DNA of 64,000 bases from Eledone cirrhosa. Its lineage: Eukaryota. The translations under genes were made by a program, and so were the position numbers. The stretch covers positions 28,170 through 92,169 of the forward strand of contig CAXHJY010000192.1 of the NCBI GenBank assembly GCA_964016885.1, given 5' to 3'. Below are positions 28,650-40,597 of this stretch, in pieces (within the stretch, counting starts at the first letter, position 1; every line of letters starts with the position of its first letter). The notes beneath the pieces are model-generated. The model was not told the origin of the DNA. It saw only the letters and a list, made by a program, of their open reading frames with translations, and searched no databases.

Positions 28650-28922
28650 TGTCCCCAGTGACTGGGGTTTTATTTTGTGCCTCCTTTGTTCTGTCCTACA
28701 CCAAACAAGAACAAAGGAGAGACACAAAATAAAATCCTAGTCACTGAGGCGGTCACAGAATGTGTGACGAAAGAGCTTTGACAATATATAAACAAGCAAC
28801 TGGCTGGCTGGTTGGTTTTATTCGATAACCGGATTGTTGTTTATATATTGTCAAAGCTCTTTCATCACAGATTCTGTGACCTTCTCAGTGACTAGGATTT
28901 TATTTTGTGTCTCTCCTTTGTA
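28650..28922. mobile_element. Penelope-like fold-back with degenerate hammerheads (28740-28782 plus, 28850-28892 minus)
   Basis: Inverted arms. Motif gtca CTGAG(GC/AA) g gtcacag...tgtga(c/t) GAAA gagc TT tgac. Each copy carries a core substitution. Confidence 0.55.
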
Positions 28923-29132
28923 CAGAGTCACTTATAACACACTACAGAACACCCTACCCTCTGCCCCCTACCCCTACCCACCACCCCAACCCAAACCTAC
29001 TTCTCTTTAAATTACCTGATTAATTAAGTTTTATTAATTGAAAAAACAATTAAATATTGATCAACTATCTTTCAACGAGGAATGAGAGCTACTGAAGAGG
29101 GGCGTGGCGACACAACAAAATAGGTTATCAAT

Positions 29133-29178
29133 TTATGTATATATGTATACATATATACATATATGTCTGTATATACAC

Positions 29179-29210
<32 letters not shown>

Positions 29211-29611
29211 ATACATATATGTATGTGTGTGTGTATATATACATATATACATACACAGATATATGTAGACATATATACATACATATATATATACATCCAT
29301 ACATATATATATATATACATACACAGATAGATGTATACATATATATATATGTCTGTATATATACATATATATATATGTGTGTGTGTGTATACATATATGT
29401 ATGCGTGTATATATACATACACAGATATATGTATAATATATGTATACATATATATATATACATACATATATACATCCATACATATATATATATATATACA
29501 TACATACACATATACATCCATACATATATGGATATATATATATGTATATATATATATGTATACATATATCTGTGTATGTATATATGTATATATACATACA
29601 CAGATAGATGT

Positions 29612-29687
<76 letters not shown>

Positions 29688-29728
29688 GTATATATATACA
29701 TACATACATACATACATACATACATACA

Positions 29729-29787
<59 letters not shown>
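29133..29787. repeat. compound (TA)n/(TACA)n microsatellite
   Basis: Seen directly. Similar tracts at 18560-18890, 21495-21640, 22590-22930, 25540-25940, 39175-40320 and 63205-63495. Confidence 0.95.
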
Positions 29788-29788
<1 letters not shown>

Positions 29789-29872
29789 AAAGGTAAACAG
29801 AAATAACAACACAATCGGTACAGTATATGGAAGGGATATATTAGGTTAACGCTTGAAATAGCAGGAAGGGGG

Positions 29873-29908
29873 TTTTAACGTTTCGGACGCTAGTCCTTCA
29901 TCAGAAGA
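29873..29908 (-). ncRNA. minimal hammerhead motif (Penelope-type)
   Basis: Minus strand CTGATGA a ggac tagc gtcc GAAA cg TT aaaa. Stem I is weak. A more decayed sibling is at about 14577-14610 (+). Confidence 0.55.
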
Positions 29909-30597
29909 AAAAATGAGAAATAAAATAGATTGAGGGGACGGGCGGGATGGAATTGGAAAAAAATGTCTTTAGATAAAAATAACAGGTCCATTCATGTTGA
30001 CATCTCTTGACATACATACATATTATCGTGAAACATACATGTAACATACATGTAACGTGTTAATTTAGCAGAAAAGTTCATAGGCTGATTATGAAAGAGT
30101 GATGCAAGAGCTGTGAAATCTTGCATCATCAATTACAACTCTTCTTAATAACCACATTGTTTCTTTCCAGGGACTATGTTGAAAAATAAACCTCATTTTG
30201 GTCATTTCATGAGAGTATCTTGGTCAGCCTATGAATTTTCTTCCAGTTCTCGTATATAAACGATATTAGATACATTTCTCGTTTTTTCTCGCTGTTAACC
30301 AGCTCTACATTGAACGAATTAAATAAATAATTATATGGATAGATGAATTATTTACTTAATAAAGATTATGTCTAGACTAGAAGTATGAATGCACTCATTT
30401 TAGTAATTCCAGTTTGAGTCGACAAATGTGTGGCAAGGGAGATAATTACGTTTTTATTGACTTGTTTCGTTTGTAAATCATATTTATTGCATAAATTGTG
30501 TTTATGTTAATAAACAAATAATGTCTATTCTTCTCTTTTTCTCTTACGTATATTTAGTAGTTTTTATATGTATAAGTTAAAAATTATATATATATAT

Positions 30598-30905
30598 AAT
30601 ATTATTCAAAATATTAACAAATGAAGATATTTACATAATCAAAATATATGCTTTATTATATATATTTCAAAGGTGCTGTGTTGTTTTTTCAGTACGTCTT
30701 CATCAGATAAAATATATGATTTGATATATGACATACCGCTACGGTCTTGATTTTACAAAGCATATATTTTGATTATGTGAATATCTTTCATTTGTTAATA
30801 TTTTGAATAATATTAAAAACTCCAGGAAACTTTTCTTGTTGAGCGCTTTTAATCTATTGTAAAATTGTATTCATTGAATAATCAACGAATCATATTAATC
30901 TTTGG

Positions 30906-30908
<3 letters not shown>
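30598..30908. mobile_element. Penelope-like fold-back with a hammerhead at 30651-30712 (minus)
   Basis: Same family as 22929-23358. Minus strand ttttat CTGATGA agacgtactg...cagcaccttt GAAA tatata TA ataaag. Confidence 0.6.
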
Positions 30909-30981
<73 letters not shown>

Positions 30982-31122
30982 GTTAAAATACTGGAGCGTG
31001 TTGGAGTTAAACACCCTCTTCGTATTATAGAAATGACAGTAAAAGGTATAGCTCAATGTAATTAAACAGAGCCGAAGAATTATGAAAGTAAAACAAAGAA
31101 GCCTTCAATACATCAAAAGTCT

Positions 31123-31172
31123 TTATTAGCCAACAATGTTTCGTCCTATTAAGGACTCATCAGGGCAATTAA
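31123..31172 (-). ncRNA. type I hammerhead motif with canonical core
   Basis: Minus strand gcc CTGATGA gtcct taat aggac GAAA c att g TT ggc. Confidence 0.7.
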
Positions 31173-31372
31173 AACAACAAGAAGTATTATCGGCCAATAC
31201 AAGCCGGAAACATCTTCTTTGTTATATATATATATATATAACAAAGATGTGGTAAGATACCAGGTGGACCATAACGCACCAGAATGCTCAATACTCAATA
31301 GTCATCAGGGACCTGACCCTTTTCCTATACATATATATATAATTAGAAAGTGAACAACACAAAATATAACTA

Positions 31373-31440
31373 CTCCATTACCAAAGGTTTCTGGATCCCA
31401 GACAATATTAATATACGTCTGGATCGGTCATCAGACAGAG
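31373..31440 (-). ncRNA. type I hammerhead motif
   Basis: Minus strand ctctgt CTGATGA ccgatccagac...gtctgggatcca GAAA cc ttt gg TA atggag. Confidence 0.65.
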
Positions 31441-31526
31441 ATGTTATTCACTTTTTAACTAAATAGCTCTGTTTTATACATAGAGCACTCTTTTTTTCCT
31501 TTGCTTTTTCTTCGGAATGACCTAAC

Positions 31527-31599
<73 letters not shown>

Positions 31600-31642
31600 A
31601 AAAGAGTCAGTATTAAATATATATATATTTGATATAGAAATG

Positions 31643-31688
31643 GCTTCTACAGGACTAGAACTGTTTCATTCGGAAATCATCAGGAAGC
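31643..31688 (-). ncRNA. type I hammerhead motif
   Basis: Minus strand gcttc CTGATGA tttccgaat GAAA cag ttctagtc ctg TA gaagc. A decayed sibling (CTAATGA core) is at 21866-21914 (+). Confidence 0.6.
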
Positions 31689-31861
31689 ACTGGGCTTCCT
31701 GTAGAAGCCATTTCTGTATTAAATATTTAAACTCTGCTATGTATTAAGTACCTTACTTACTGTGGTTACCCCCGATTGAACCCGGGATAAACGTATCTCA
31801 AGCGTGAACCTAATACCAACACTGTTCGTAACTGCACCCCTTGTTTTTGTTTTGTTCTTTG

Positions 31862-31931
<70 letters not shown>

Positions 31932-33637
31932 CAAATATACTAATATACCCAACTATAGTATGCAGTGTGTATATATTGACTTTCCCCTCCCTAAAACTTG
32001 TTGGCCATGTTCCAAATTCAGAAACCATTATTTTCTATTTCCCCATATGTAATTTTTTAATGTTTTCAAAAAATCTGAGCTCCAAACCCAAAAGGACTGG
32101 TGGTTTTCTTTTTTTTTGGGGGGGGGGAGAACGGGAGGAGGGGACACTCAGAGTTTTTCACCTTCGAGGTTTTCTTTACAATAACTACTTTCCTTTTTTT
32201 TTTCGTATGTTTTCATCGAATTTGTCCCTCCACTCATAGTTTTCTATAATAAAAAAAACTAGTGTTCAGAGAGCGATTGTAGATTTATCAAAATTTGACA
32301 TGGAGGGAATTCTAGAGAACAAGCGTAGTCCCTTGTGAATTGGCTTCTGTTTTTATTTTTGTGTGTGTTTTTTCCAGGCACAGACCACCTAAGATTACAT
32401 TGTCTACTGTATTGTTGTTACAGTTATTGTTTTCTAAAACGTTAGAAAATAATTTGTGTGAAATTTGGCTGCTATTTCTAACAGGTTTGACGATTGCATA
32501 AAAGCTCAGTCGTTGGTTCTGTTTAATTAAATAATTGTTTCTACTTTTGGCACAAGGCCAGCAATTACCCAGTGCATTACTGGTACTCTATTTTATCGAC
32601 CCCGTAAGGATGAAAGGCAAAGTTAACCTCAGCGGGATTTGAACTCAAACCGTAAAGAGACGAAACTATGCTAGAAAGCATGGCGTCCAACCCTCTACCG
32701 ATACTGCCAATTCACCACCCTGTTTAATTAAATAATTGTTTCTAATTTTGGCACAAGGCCATCAATTACTCAGTAAATTACTGGTACTTTATTTTATCGA
32801 TCCCGTAAGGATAAAAGGCAAAGTTAACCTCGGCGAATTAAATAATAAACTATGGAAATATTGTTATATTTGGGGAGAGTCACGTTCCTCTAATATTGCC
32901 CAGAAGAATATAGTAAAACACACTCACTCACATTGAGTGTTTAACTACATATTTTTGGCAATATTAGAATATGACCCTCCTCAAATATAACAATATGTTT
33001 CAATACACGATTTCATATCAAAAACCTTGCAAAACGAATACAAACTAAGGGAAATAACTTCCCAAAGGGAAGTAACTTTTAAAAATTCTTCGGAGAGCTT
33101 TTACGTGAGTATTGAAATTGCTAGAAATAGCAGCCAAATTGTCTTCAGAACATTACGCCCTAGTATTTAAAAGAAAATAAAGCTGAACAAATGTGTTCCC
33201 TGATATACATAATGATGGGATGGTCAATACTGGAACACTGTTGAACAGAGCTGACTTCGTCTAAACAATAACATAATCCATGGATTTGTTCCAAGCGTAA
33301 TATAATTGTCCAGTGGATACCATGAGACGGTCAGCACATGGTCTCTCAAACACTAGAGAACGCTCCTTTCCTCTTCACCGTCTGGTCCCGTATCATAGCG
33401 ATGCTGTTTTGTTTTTTTCGTTTTTTTTTATTTATTATTTTTGCAATATTTACATGTAGACGAGGAGTGTGCAGCATATTCCATTGGTGGGCCACTTTTG
33501 AACATTGGAACAACTATTAGGGCCAACCACTGTCAAAAATATGTAATATAAGGAAAACCAATGAATTGAGTCATAAATACATTGTGGATACATTTTGAAA
33601 CGATAAAGACAAATAAAATATAATTTAGTTTTATTAA

Positions 33638-34027
33638 TGAAGGCGCATGGCTCAGTGGTTAGAGCATTGGGCTTGCAATCAAAAGGTTGTGAGTTCAATT
33701 CTCGGATCGGGTGATGTATTGTTTCCTTGAGCAAGACACTATATTTCACATTGCTCCAGTTTACTCAGCTGTAGAAATGAGATGATAGGGACTGGAGTCC
33801 CTATCATTCCACTGCAAAGTGGTCGTGGAGGTTCCACGGCAAAAAAGCACCCAGCACTCACTGTAAATGAGGTTGGTGTTAGGAAGGGCATCCAACTGTA
33901 GAAACCAAGCCAGAATCAGTTCCATATAAGCAAGGCATGGTCACCTGATCTGGCATTGCCCACAACAGGACAACCTGTCTAACCCATGCTAGCGTGGAAG
34001 AATGGACGTAAAACGTTGATGATAATG
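33638..34027 (+). mobile_element. near full-length tRNA-derived SINE with RTE-like tail
   Basis: A box tggctcagtgg, B box gttcaattc, tail ggacgtaaaacgttgatgat. Siblings at 34518-34800 (+), 57502-57836 (-) and 60333-60662 (-). Confidence 0.8.
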
Positions 34028-34875
34028 TGAGACTTGGTATTTGGTGTTTTTGCAATGTCTGGTAACGAAAAAAATTCTAAAAGCGGTCATCGCAGGCCAC
34101 TCTGACTGGTCTGGTGGGCCAGATTGTGGCCCGTTGCACGCCCCTGATCTAAACTGGTTGTATTTCTTATTCTTGGAATTATAGACAGTACTAGTAATTA
34201 TTACTAAACCATGATATTACGTGGGGGGGGGGGGGGCATGTGGCCTAGTGGTAAGGGTGTTGGACTTAGGATTCCTGGTCTGAATTATTTGTTGTGTTCT
34301 AGAGCCAAACAAAGGATCGACAGGACCCTCCAGTAGTGTCAAAGACGTGACAACCTCTCCTCTGCACTTGGTATCTATAGTTGTTGTGGTATAAGTAGGG
34401 CCACTGCCTTCGGTCATTTTTCTTGGTGTCACACTTTATTAAACTGTTGTGTTTTACTCAGGACAATAATCTATTAACATATCGCTCCATCCCGTTCTTT
34501 GTGATTGCCTCAAAAAATCGAAAGGTTGTGAGTTCAATTCTCAGACCGGGTGATGTGTTGTTTCCTTGAGCAAGACACTTTATTTCAGTTTACTCAGCTG
34601 CAGAAATGAGATGATAGGGACTGCGGTCCATATAATTCCACTGCAAAGTGGTCGTGGAGGTGCCACGGCAAAAAAGCACCCAGCACTCACTGTAAAGTGA
34701 GGTTGGTGTTAGGAAGGGCATCCAGCTGTAGAAATGAAGCCAGAATCAGTTCCCATCCCACCCTTGCAAGCAGCAAAAAAGCGGATGTAAAATGAAATGA
34801 AATGATGAAATGATGATATATATCATCATCATCATCATCATTTTACGTCCGCTTTTCCCTGCTTGCAAGGGTGGG

Positions 34876-34913
<38 letters not shown>

Positions 34914-35574
34914 GTGGTAAAATGTAATGTATCCTAGTTGGATAGTTCATTGACATAGACGTGAGGGAAGGTCCCTCGTCTATTTACCATTTTGTGTTTG
35001 TGAGAATTATAACAAAGTCAGTGAGTGTGTGCGCAAACAAGACAATAACCACAACGAGAGTTAAATTCAACAATTGTAAATAATGGTGATTTATTTATAC
35101 TACAAATGGAACGTACCAAATGTTGACGTGGTGAGTTGTGGTGAAAGGAACGTATTACCATTACAAAAGTATTGTGGGGTTTATTGTTTGCTGTTCCCTT
35201 GGCTGCTTTCTGTGGCGTGGTACAGAGGCTGTTTTCTGGCATGTGATCAGTCTGCTTTCTAGTGGATGTCTGTTTACTTCTCATGTTCTCAACCAGCGGG
35301 AGATAACTATGGTTGTTCTATTATCCTGGCAGGAGGCGTGAGGCGTCTTACTACAGTATCCCCTGCCAGATTTTCAAATCATCGAAAATCGATGTCATTA
35401 CTCACATGTGGAGTAAGATGGCGAACAATGCAACAAGGGGGAGCTATTCGCTCTACCAAACGTTGAATCCAGAATAAGTATTTGAAAAATGTTTAAAAAA
35501 AACAACATGCATGCATAAAAAACAAGGCAAAGAAAAAGCAGAAACACAGAGGCAAAAAAAAAAAAAAAAGGGTT

Positions 35575-35609
35575 AGCTAACATAGTCTAAATATAGACGG
35601 TGCTGCAAA
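35575..35609 (+). repeat. left copy of the 35-bp direct repeat flanking the viral insert
   Basis: agctaacatagtctaaatatagacggtgctgcaaa is identical to 38092-38126. Both copies are preceded by an A-run and gggt. Confidence 0.95.
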
Positions 35610-35610
35610 A

Positions 35611-36700
35611 TCCAATACACAGGAGATTCTTCCAAAGCATATCCTACATTTTATGGTCCGATATTGCCAGAAGTACTTAATGTTTGATATTAATAAGGAT
35701 TTGCTCCAATACGATTTCTTGAAGACAAGACAGTCAGCGGGTCCTGCCGATTTTTTTTGTAATTAATGAAGACTCTAGCTTCCCGACCCCAACTGCGGCC
35801 GATTCAACACCCAGTAATCACCATGGTCTTCTTCTTTACATTGTCACCATGTACAAAGTTGAAAATGGAAGTGGGTGACTACAAACAAAATCTAGTCAAG
35901 GATTTCAACAATTATAGAATGACGCACCCATATCGGTATATGCACGACATGTTAATAAATGGACCACTAGCTCATATAGTAAAAAATGACCAAATCTTTC
36001 AGATTATGGCTTCCATGGACTATTTGCCATTTCAACATGAGGATCATGAACTATCCCTTTTGAGAAGAGGGACAATTCTTACCAGATTTGACGGCATGCA
36101 CATAGTAGAAGTCCTCGACCATTTCAGAAAAACACTCCAATTGAGGCTTGAAGATATGATCTGTATCGTAACAATGAGGCTGGTGCTACAGAAATGTTGA
36201 GAGTACTGAAAGCCCTGAATACAGGGGCAGCTAATACTGAAATCTTCCCTTATCAAAAATCTCTCGGCTTGATCAAAAAATGTGTTTTCTCAGCAGGCTC
36301 CAATCCCTATCTACACACATTCTTCGGAATGATAGGTTGCCTCAGCAAGGATAAAAGATTTGTTAATTCCCGAAATATAGAGCCAGGACATGTTGAATCT
36401 GGTCTGGTTGACGCGCTCGCATTCAGAGTGGCTCATAGATCCAAACCGCACAAAGTCTTCTTTTATGCTGAGGAAGGACAAGTTGATGAGGATCCAGATA
36501 TAGATCTCAATCAGATAGGTTTTGGAATTTCAGAAAGTATGGTACAGATGGTGAACAGGTTTCCAAATCCGACAAGTTTTATCTCAACATTCAATAAAAG
36601 CGCGATTAGCAAAGTTAGACCCGGAACATTGGGGCAGGCTTTTAATGATTCTGTTACAGAAGCACAGAAATCTGGGGGGGGGGGGGGTATCAAGAATTGA
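35611..36700 (+). pseudogene. endogenous rhabdovirus-like nucleoprotein (N) gene, 5'-truncated and frameshifted
   Basis: Stitched frames give LLLYIVTMYKV..DYKQNL, IMASMDY..HEDHELSLLRRGTILTRF and PYQKSLGLIKKCVFSAGSNPYLH. These are collinear with vesiculovirus N motifs as I recall them: LYLLGLYRV..EYRKKL, IVAAVDMF..KHECASFRYGTIVSRF and PYLIDFGLSSKSPYSSVKNPAFH. Frameshifts at about 35755, 35873 and 36185. Confidence 0.88.
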
Positions 36701-36772
36701 AGGACTTTATAGACGGTCATTAACTTTTTATTTTTATACAATCACTTTTCATACTTTTATAACATTGTACAG

Positions 36773-36800
36773 CATCAGAAAAAAAAACTAACTCAATTTC
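36773..36800 (+). promoter_or_regulatory. rhabdovirus-type gene-end/intergenic/gene-start junction
   Basis: CATCAG-A9-CT-AACTCAATTTC between the N stop and the next ATG. Compare vesiculovirus TATG-A7-CT-AACAG. Confidence 0.8.
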
Positions 36801-36829
36801 ATACTTAACTAACAAAACCACTGCCCAAA

Positions 36830-37818
36830 ATGCCGCAAGATAGACAGAGACAGTGCAGGAAATCATACAACTATGCCAAGGGAAACAAAGTAGCCTTAGG
36901 CTCCCTTAAGGAAATCTGTGGAGCCATTGGTGCAACTACCCTTCCAGAGGACAATCGTGTGTCTGAACTTCTAGAAACATCCAGAATGGGAAGAGATGAC
37001 CCTCAAAATACACCAAGCTACGAGTATAGTGGCGAATTACCCGACTCCAGCTTGATACCTACAAAAATGGAAATAGGCTATGAATCCCAACATGAGGAGA
37101 CTAATGAACCTCCTCTTTACCAAGTAACTAAAGAGCACAGGGAAAGGAGAGAAAGAGTATCCCTACCTTTATCTCTACCACCTCCCAAAGTTGGTCAACC
37201 CTCAAGCATACCAAGTGACTTCTCTGAACCTCCTGAGAAGAGGAGTTGTCAGGGGGGGGGGGGGGGACTCTTATATACGAGTCTAACGCAATTTTTGTAT
37301 CACCTGAGGAGGCTGATATATTCAAGAGGTCATTTGATATACTCTTCAAGGATAGTATGGACAGAAATTTTCTCCCGCATGTCATTATAGAGCCTCATGG
37401 AGATATTTTGAGCATTAAAATGACAATGCGAAACATGCCTGCACAACCAGTTGAAAACGTTGTGGAAAATGTTGCTCCACCTATGCCAGTACCAGAGGAC
37501 AACACTTCATGTGCAAAACTGACTGATGAATTTCATGAAAGAATGGCTCAAATCAAATCAAAATCTATATTTTATCGCATGGACAAGTTTAAAATGGATA
37601 CCATAGGTTTAAAAGGACATGCAAAACCTGTAAACGATTTTTTGGAATTATGACTGTCAAGTCGAAAATTGAGGAATTTCCGGGATCCCCGAATGCCTGA
37701 TAAGTGGCTAGTGCTGATGATCGTGCACCTTAATCCTAATCCCATTATAAGAGCTGCCTTAGGCTTCAAAACTTTCAACAAGTATGTGCTAGAGATTAAC
37801 GACATTTTATCAACCTGA
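36830..37818 (+). pseudogene. putative viral phosphoprotein (P-position) gene, disrupted
   Basis: First ATG after the junction, with an acidic, S/P/E-rich N-terminal half. Frameshift in the G15 run at 37252-37266. After an in-frame TGA at 37651-37653 the frame stays open to TGA 37816-37818. Identity is from position and composition only. Confidence 0.65.
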
Positions 37819-38091
37819 TAACTATTCATTGAGTTCACTCAAATTCATGAGTTACAGGACATAATCTTCACAATGGAAGTATTACATATAAGTCTCCAGA
37901 AGTCACCCCATTTTACTCATTATTTTTCAGACTGCAGATACCAAAACACTGATATACAGCATGGAATCAGTCATTTTAACAAACTAGGACAAATTAACAC
38001 AAACAAAACCGACTATCTCTGTATAATGCCTCAAGAGCCTTATATTGCTTTTGCCTTATAAATTTAAACAGGAAAAAAAAAAAAAGGGTGC

Positions 38092-38126
38092 AGCTAACAT
38101 AGTCTAAATATAGACGGTGCTGCAAA
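38092..38126 (+). repeat. right copy of the 35-bp direct repeat, after A13
   Basis: Identical to 35575-35609 and preceded by CAGG-A13 (A-run 38073-38085). Confidence 0.95.
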
Positions 38127-38525
38127 TTTTTTGGGGCCAGTGGACCCTACGACCTGAACGGGTCGTGGTCTTGTAACGTGGCGATGGTGGTGGTGTAGAA
38201 ATTAGAGATGAAATGTATGTTTATTTTTGATGTAGCACAAACAATGTTTGTTAACTTATGTGGTTGAAGTTACACATAAAAAGAGGTTACAAAAGGGAAT
38301 GTGCCATTGCGCCGGAAAGCCGGCAGGCTAAGGTGCAAAATCTCACCGTTACATTGTACGTGTTGCTGGTTCGAAGTTCCTGGTGCGAGAGAGAGATTCT
38401 TCAAATCTTCGCGGGGAAATTTCTCTCTCAGGGCGCGTAGGGATACATCCTCTTCTACTGGCGCTGATTGGCTGAACTGAGCTAAATCACGCACAGAGAA
38501 TGTATGTGAGCCCGCGGAATGTAGG

Positions 38526-38582
<57 letters not shown>

Positions 38583-39016
38583 GGCACAAAGAATTGTTCT
38601 TTGTGTACCACAGAAAAGTATAGGATTTTGCTAAACTTGAGAGCCACTTCTGCTTGCCTTAACTCAAAGACTGAGATCTTCAGATGCTGTCCTCATCTGA
38701 AATCACATCTGATCTGTAACTGGATTGACACTCCTACGATAAATCAACCGCCTTGAACTCCTTCTCTGCTCTTTACTTTTGCTACGATTTTTATTTTGCT
38801 GATTCTACCTTCTGTACTCTTGTATATTTAAAAATTTTTTCTCCCTTACCTCCCCTTATATTTTTACCTCCTCTTAGCCCCCCCCCCCATATATTCTTTT
38901 TGTTTGCCCTTCACATACCTATGTGTATGTGTATGTATTTTTGTGTGTATATATATATGCGTATATATGTATATGTGTATGTATATGTTTGTGTATGTAT
39001 ATATATATATATATAT

Positions 39017-39092
39017 GAACCAGTAGGACCCCGACAGCTGAGCTCAAGCCGTTTCGACGGCTTGAGCTCAGCTGTCGGGGTCCTACTGGTTC
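39017..39092. repeat. perfect 36-bp-arm hairpin with a TTCG loop, at the end of a dispersed repeat
   Basis: gaaccagtaggaccccgacagctgagctcaagccgt-ttcg-reverse complement. The adjoining sequence recurs at 21780-21848, 23452-23560 and 31245-31325. Confidence 0.92.
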
Positions 39093-39172
39093 CTATTACC
39101 CACTCTACTACCTCAAGTATTGAGTACTTTGGTGCGTTATGGTCCACCTGGTTCCTTACCACATTTCCTTCG

Positions 39173-39278
<106 letters not shown>

Positions 39279-39348
39279 GTGTATGTGTGTATATAATTGT
39301 ATATTTGTGTGTGTATATGTATGTATATGTGGATAAACCAGGCTTTTT

Positions 39349-39406
39349 TTCATTCTGAAGATTGAAGGAAACTTTTTTTGCTTTTAAGAAACCTCTGGTG
39401 AATGGA
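39349..39406 (+). ncRNA. hammerhead motif, probably inactive (GUG at the cleavage site)
   Basis: ttcatt CTGAAGA ttgaagg...cttttaa GAAA cc tct gg TG aatgga. Direct repeat of 40463-40520. Confidence 0.55.
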
Positions 39407-39613
39407 TTAATTGCCTTGTATGGCTTTATTACTTTACTACTATATATACGTTTATGTAAGGTTCATTTGTCTTATCTAATACTGAGCTTTACACATACAC
39501 ACATGTATATGTGTGTGTGTATGTGTATGCATGTGTATAATTGTTTAGCTATGTATGTATATGTGTGTTTACGTATTTATATGTGTGTGTGCGTTTATAT
39601 TTTTATATTTTTG

Positions 39614-39672
<59 letters not shown>

Positions 39673-40056
39673 ATAATTACATATACATGTGTGTGTTTAT
39701 ATTATATACGTGTACGTGTTTGTGTATGTATGTGTATGTACGTGTTTATATATTTGTATATGTATATTTATGTGTGAGAGTGTGTGTATGTGTTTACTAT
39801 TTCGTACGTATGTATATGTGCTTTTGTGTGTATTACTTACCACGCGTGTCTGTCCTGTTAGCTGGGGCATGTATCGCTGTCAAAAATTTGTTAATATATA
39901 TTTATATATTTTTTTCTTATATTTATTTGCGTGTGTGAATATGTAGTGGAGTGCATTCATGTATGTGTATGTATGTACGTTGTATGTTTGTGTGAATGTA
40001 TGTATGTGTATATATATGTGTGTGTGTATGTGTATGCTTGTACACACACATGTGTG

Positions 40057-40116
<60 letters not shown>

Positions 40117-40462
40117 TGTATATATATGTGTGTGTGTATGTGTGTGTGTGTGTGTATATATGTGTGTGTGTGTGTGTGTGTATGTATGAATGTATGTATG
40201 TGTATATGTGTGTATATATGTGTATGTGTATGTAGGTGTACGCTTTATATATATATATATGTGTATATGTATATGTGTATGCGTACATTTATATATATGT
40301 ATATATGTATGTGTGTGTAAGTATGCTTTTGTGTTTTTTTGTGTGTGTTTGCATGTGTAGTTTTATTTTATTTTTCCTTTCCTTCTCCCTTTTCTAGCCT
40401 CACTTTCATATAGATTGCATTTTTGTTTTTAGAATCCATATTCAATAAACAAACCAGGATTT

Positions 40463-40520
40463 TTCATTCTGAGGATTGAAAGCAAAACCTTTTGCTTTTA
40501 AGAAACCACTGGTAAATGGA
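40463..40520 (+). ncRNA. type I hammerhead ribozyme motif
   Basis: ttcatt CTGAGGA ttgaaagcaaaa cc ttttgcttttaa GAAA cc act gg TA aatgga. All three stems pair and the cleavage triplet is GUA. Confidence 0.72.
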
Positions 40521-40550
40521 ATAATTGCCTTATGTTGTTTATTACATAAT

Positions 40551-40589
<39 letters not shown>

Positions 40590-40597
<8 letters not shown>

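Noticed and set aside
29072-29814. Many YI/VC/HT-rich ORFs here and at other TA/CA tracts
   Set aside because: Microsatellite translations.
33638-33715. tRNA-like sequence with A and B boxes
   Set aside because: It is the head of a multi-copy SINE that continues into core and tail, not a tRNA gene.
37873-38061. 62-aa ORF after the P-position gene as a viral accessory or M gene
   Set aside because: No gene junction precedes it and it has no recognisable motif. It could be 3' UTR, so it cannot be supported.
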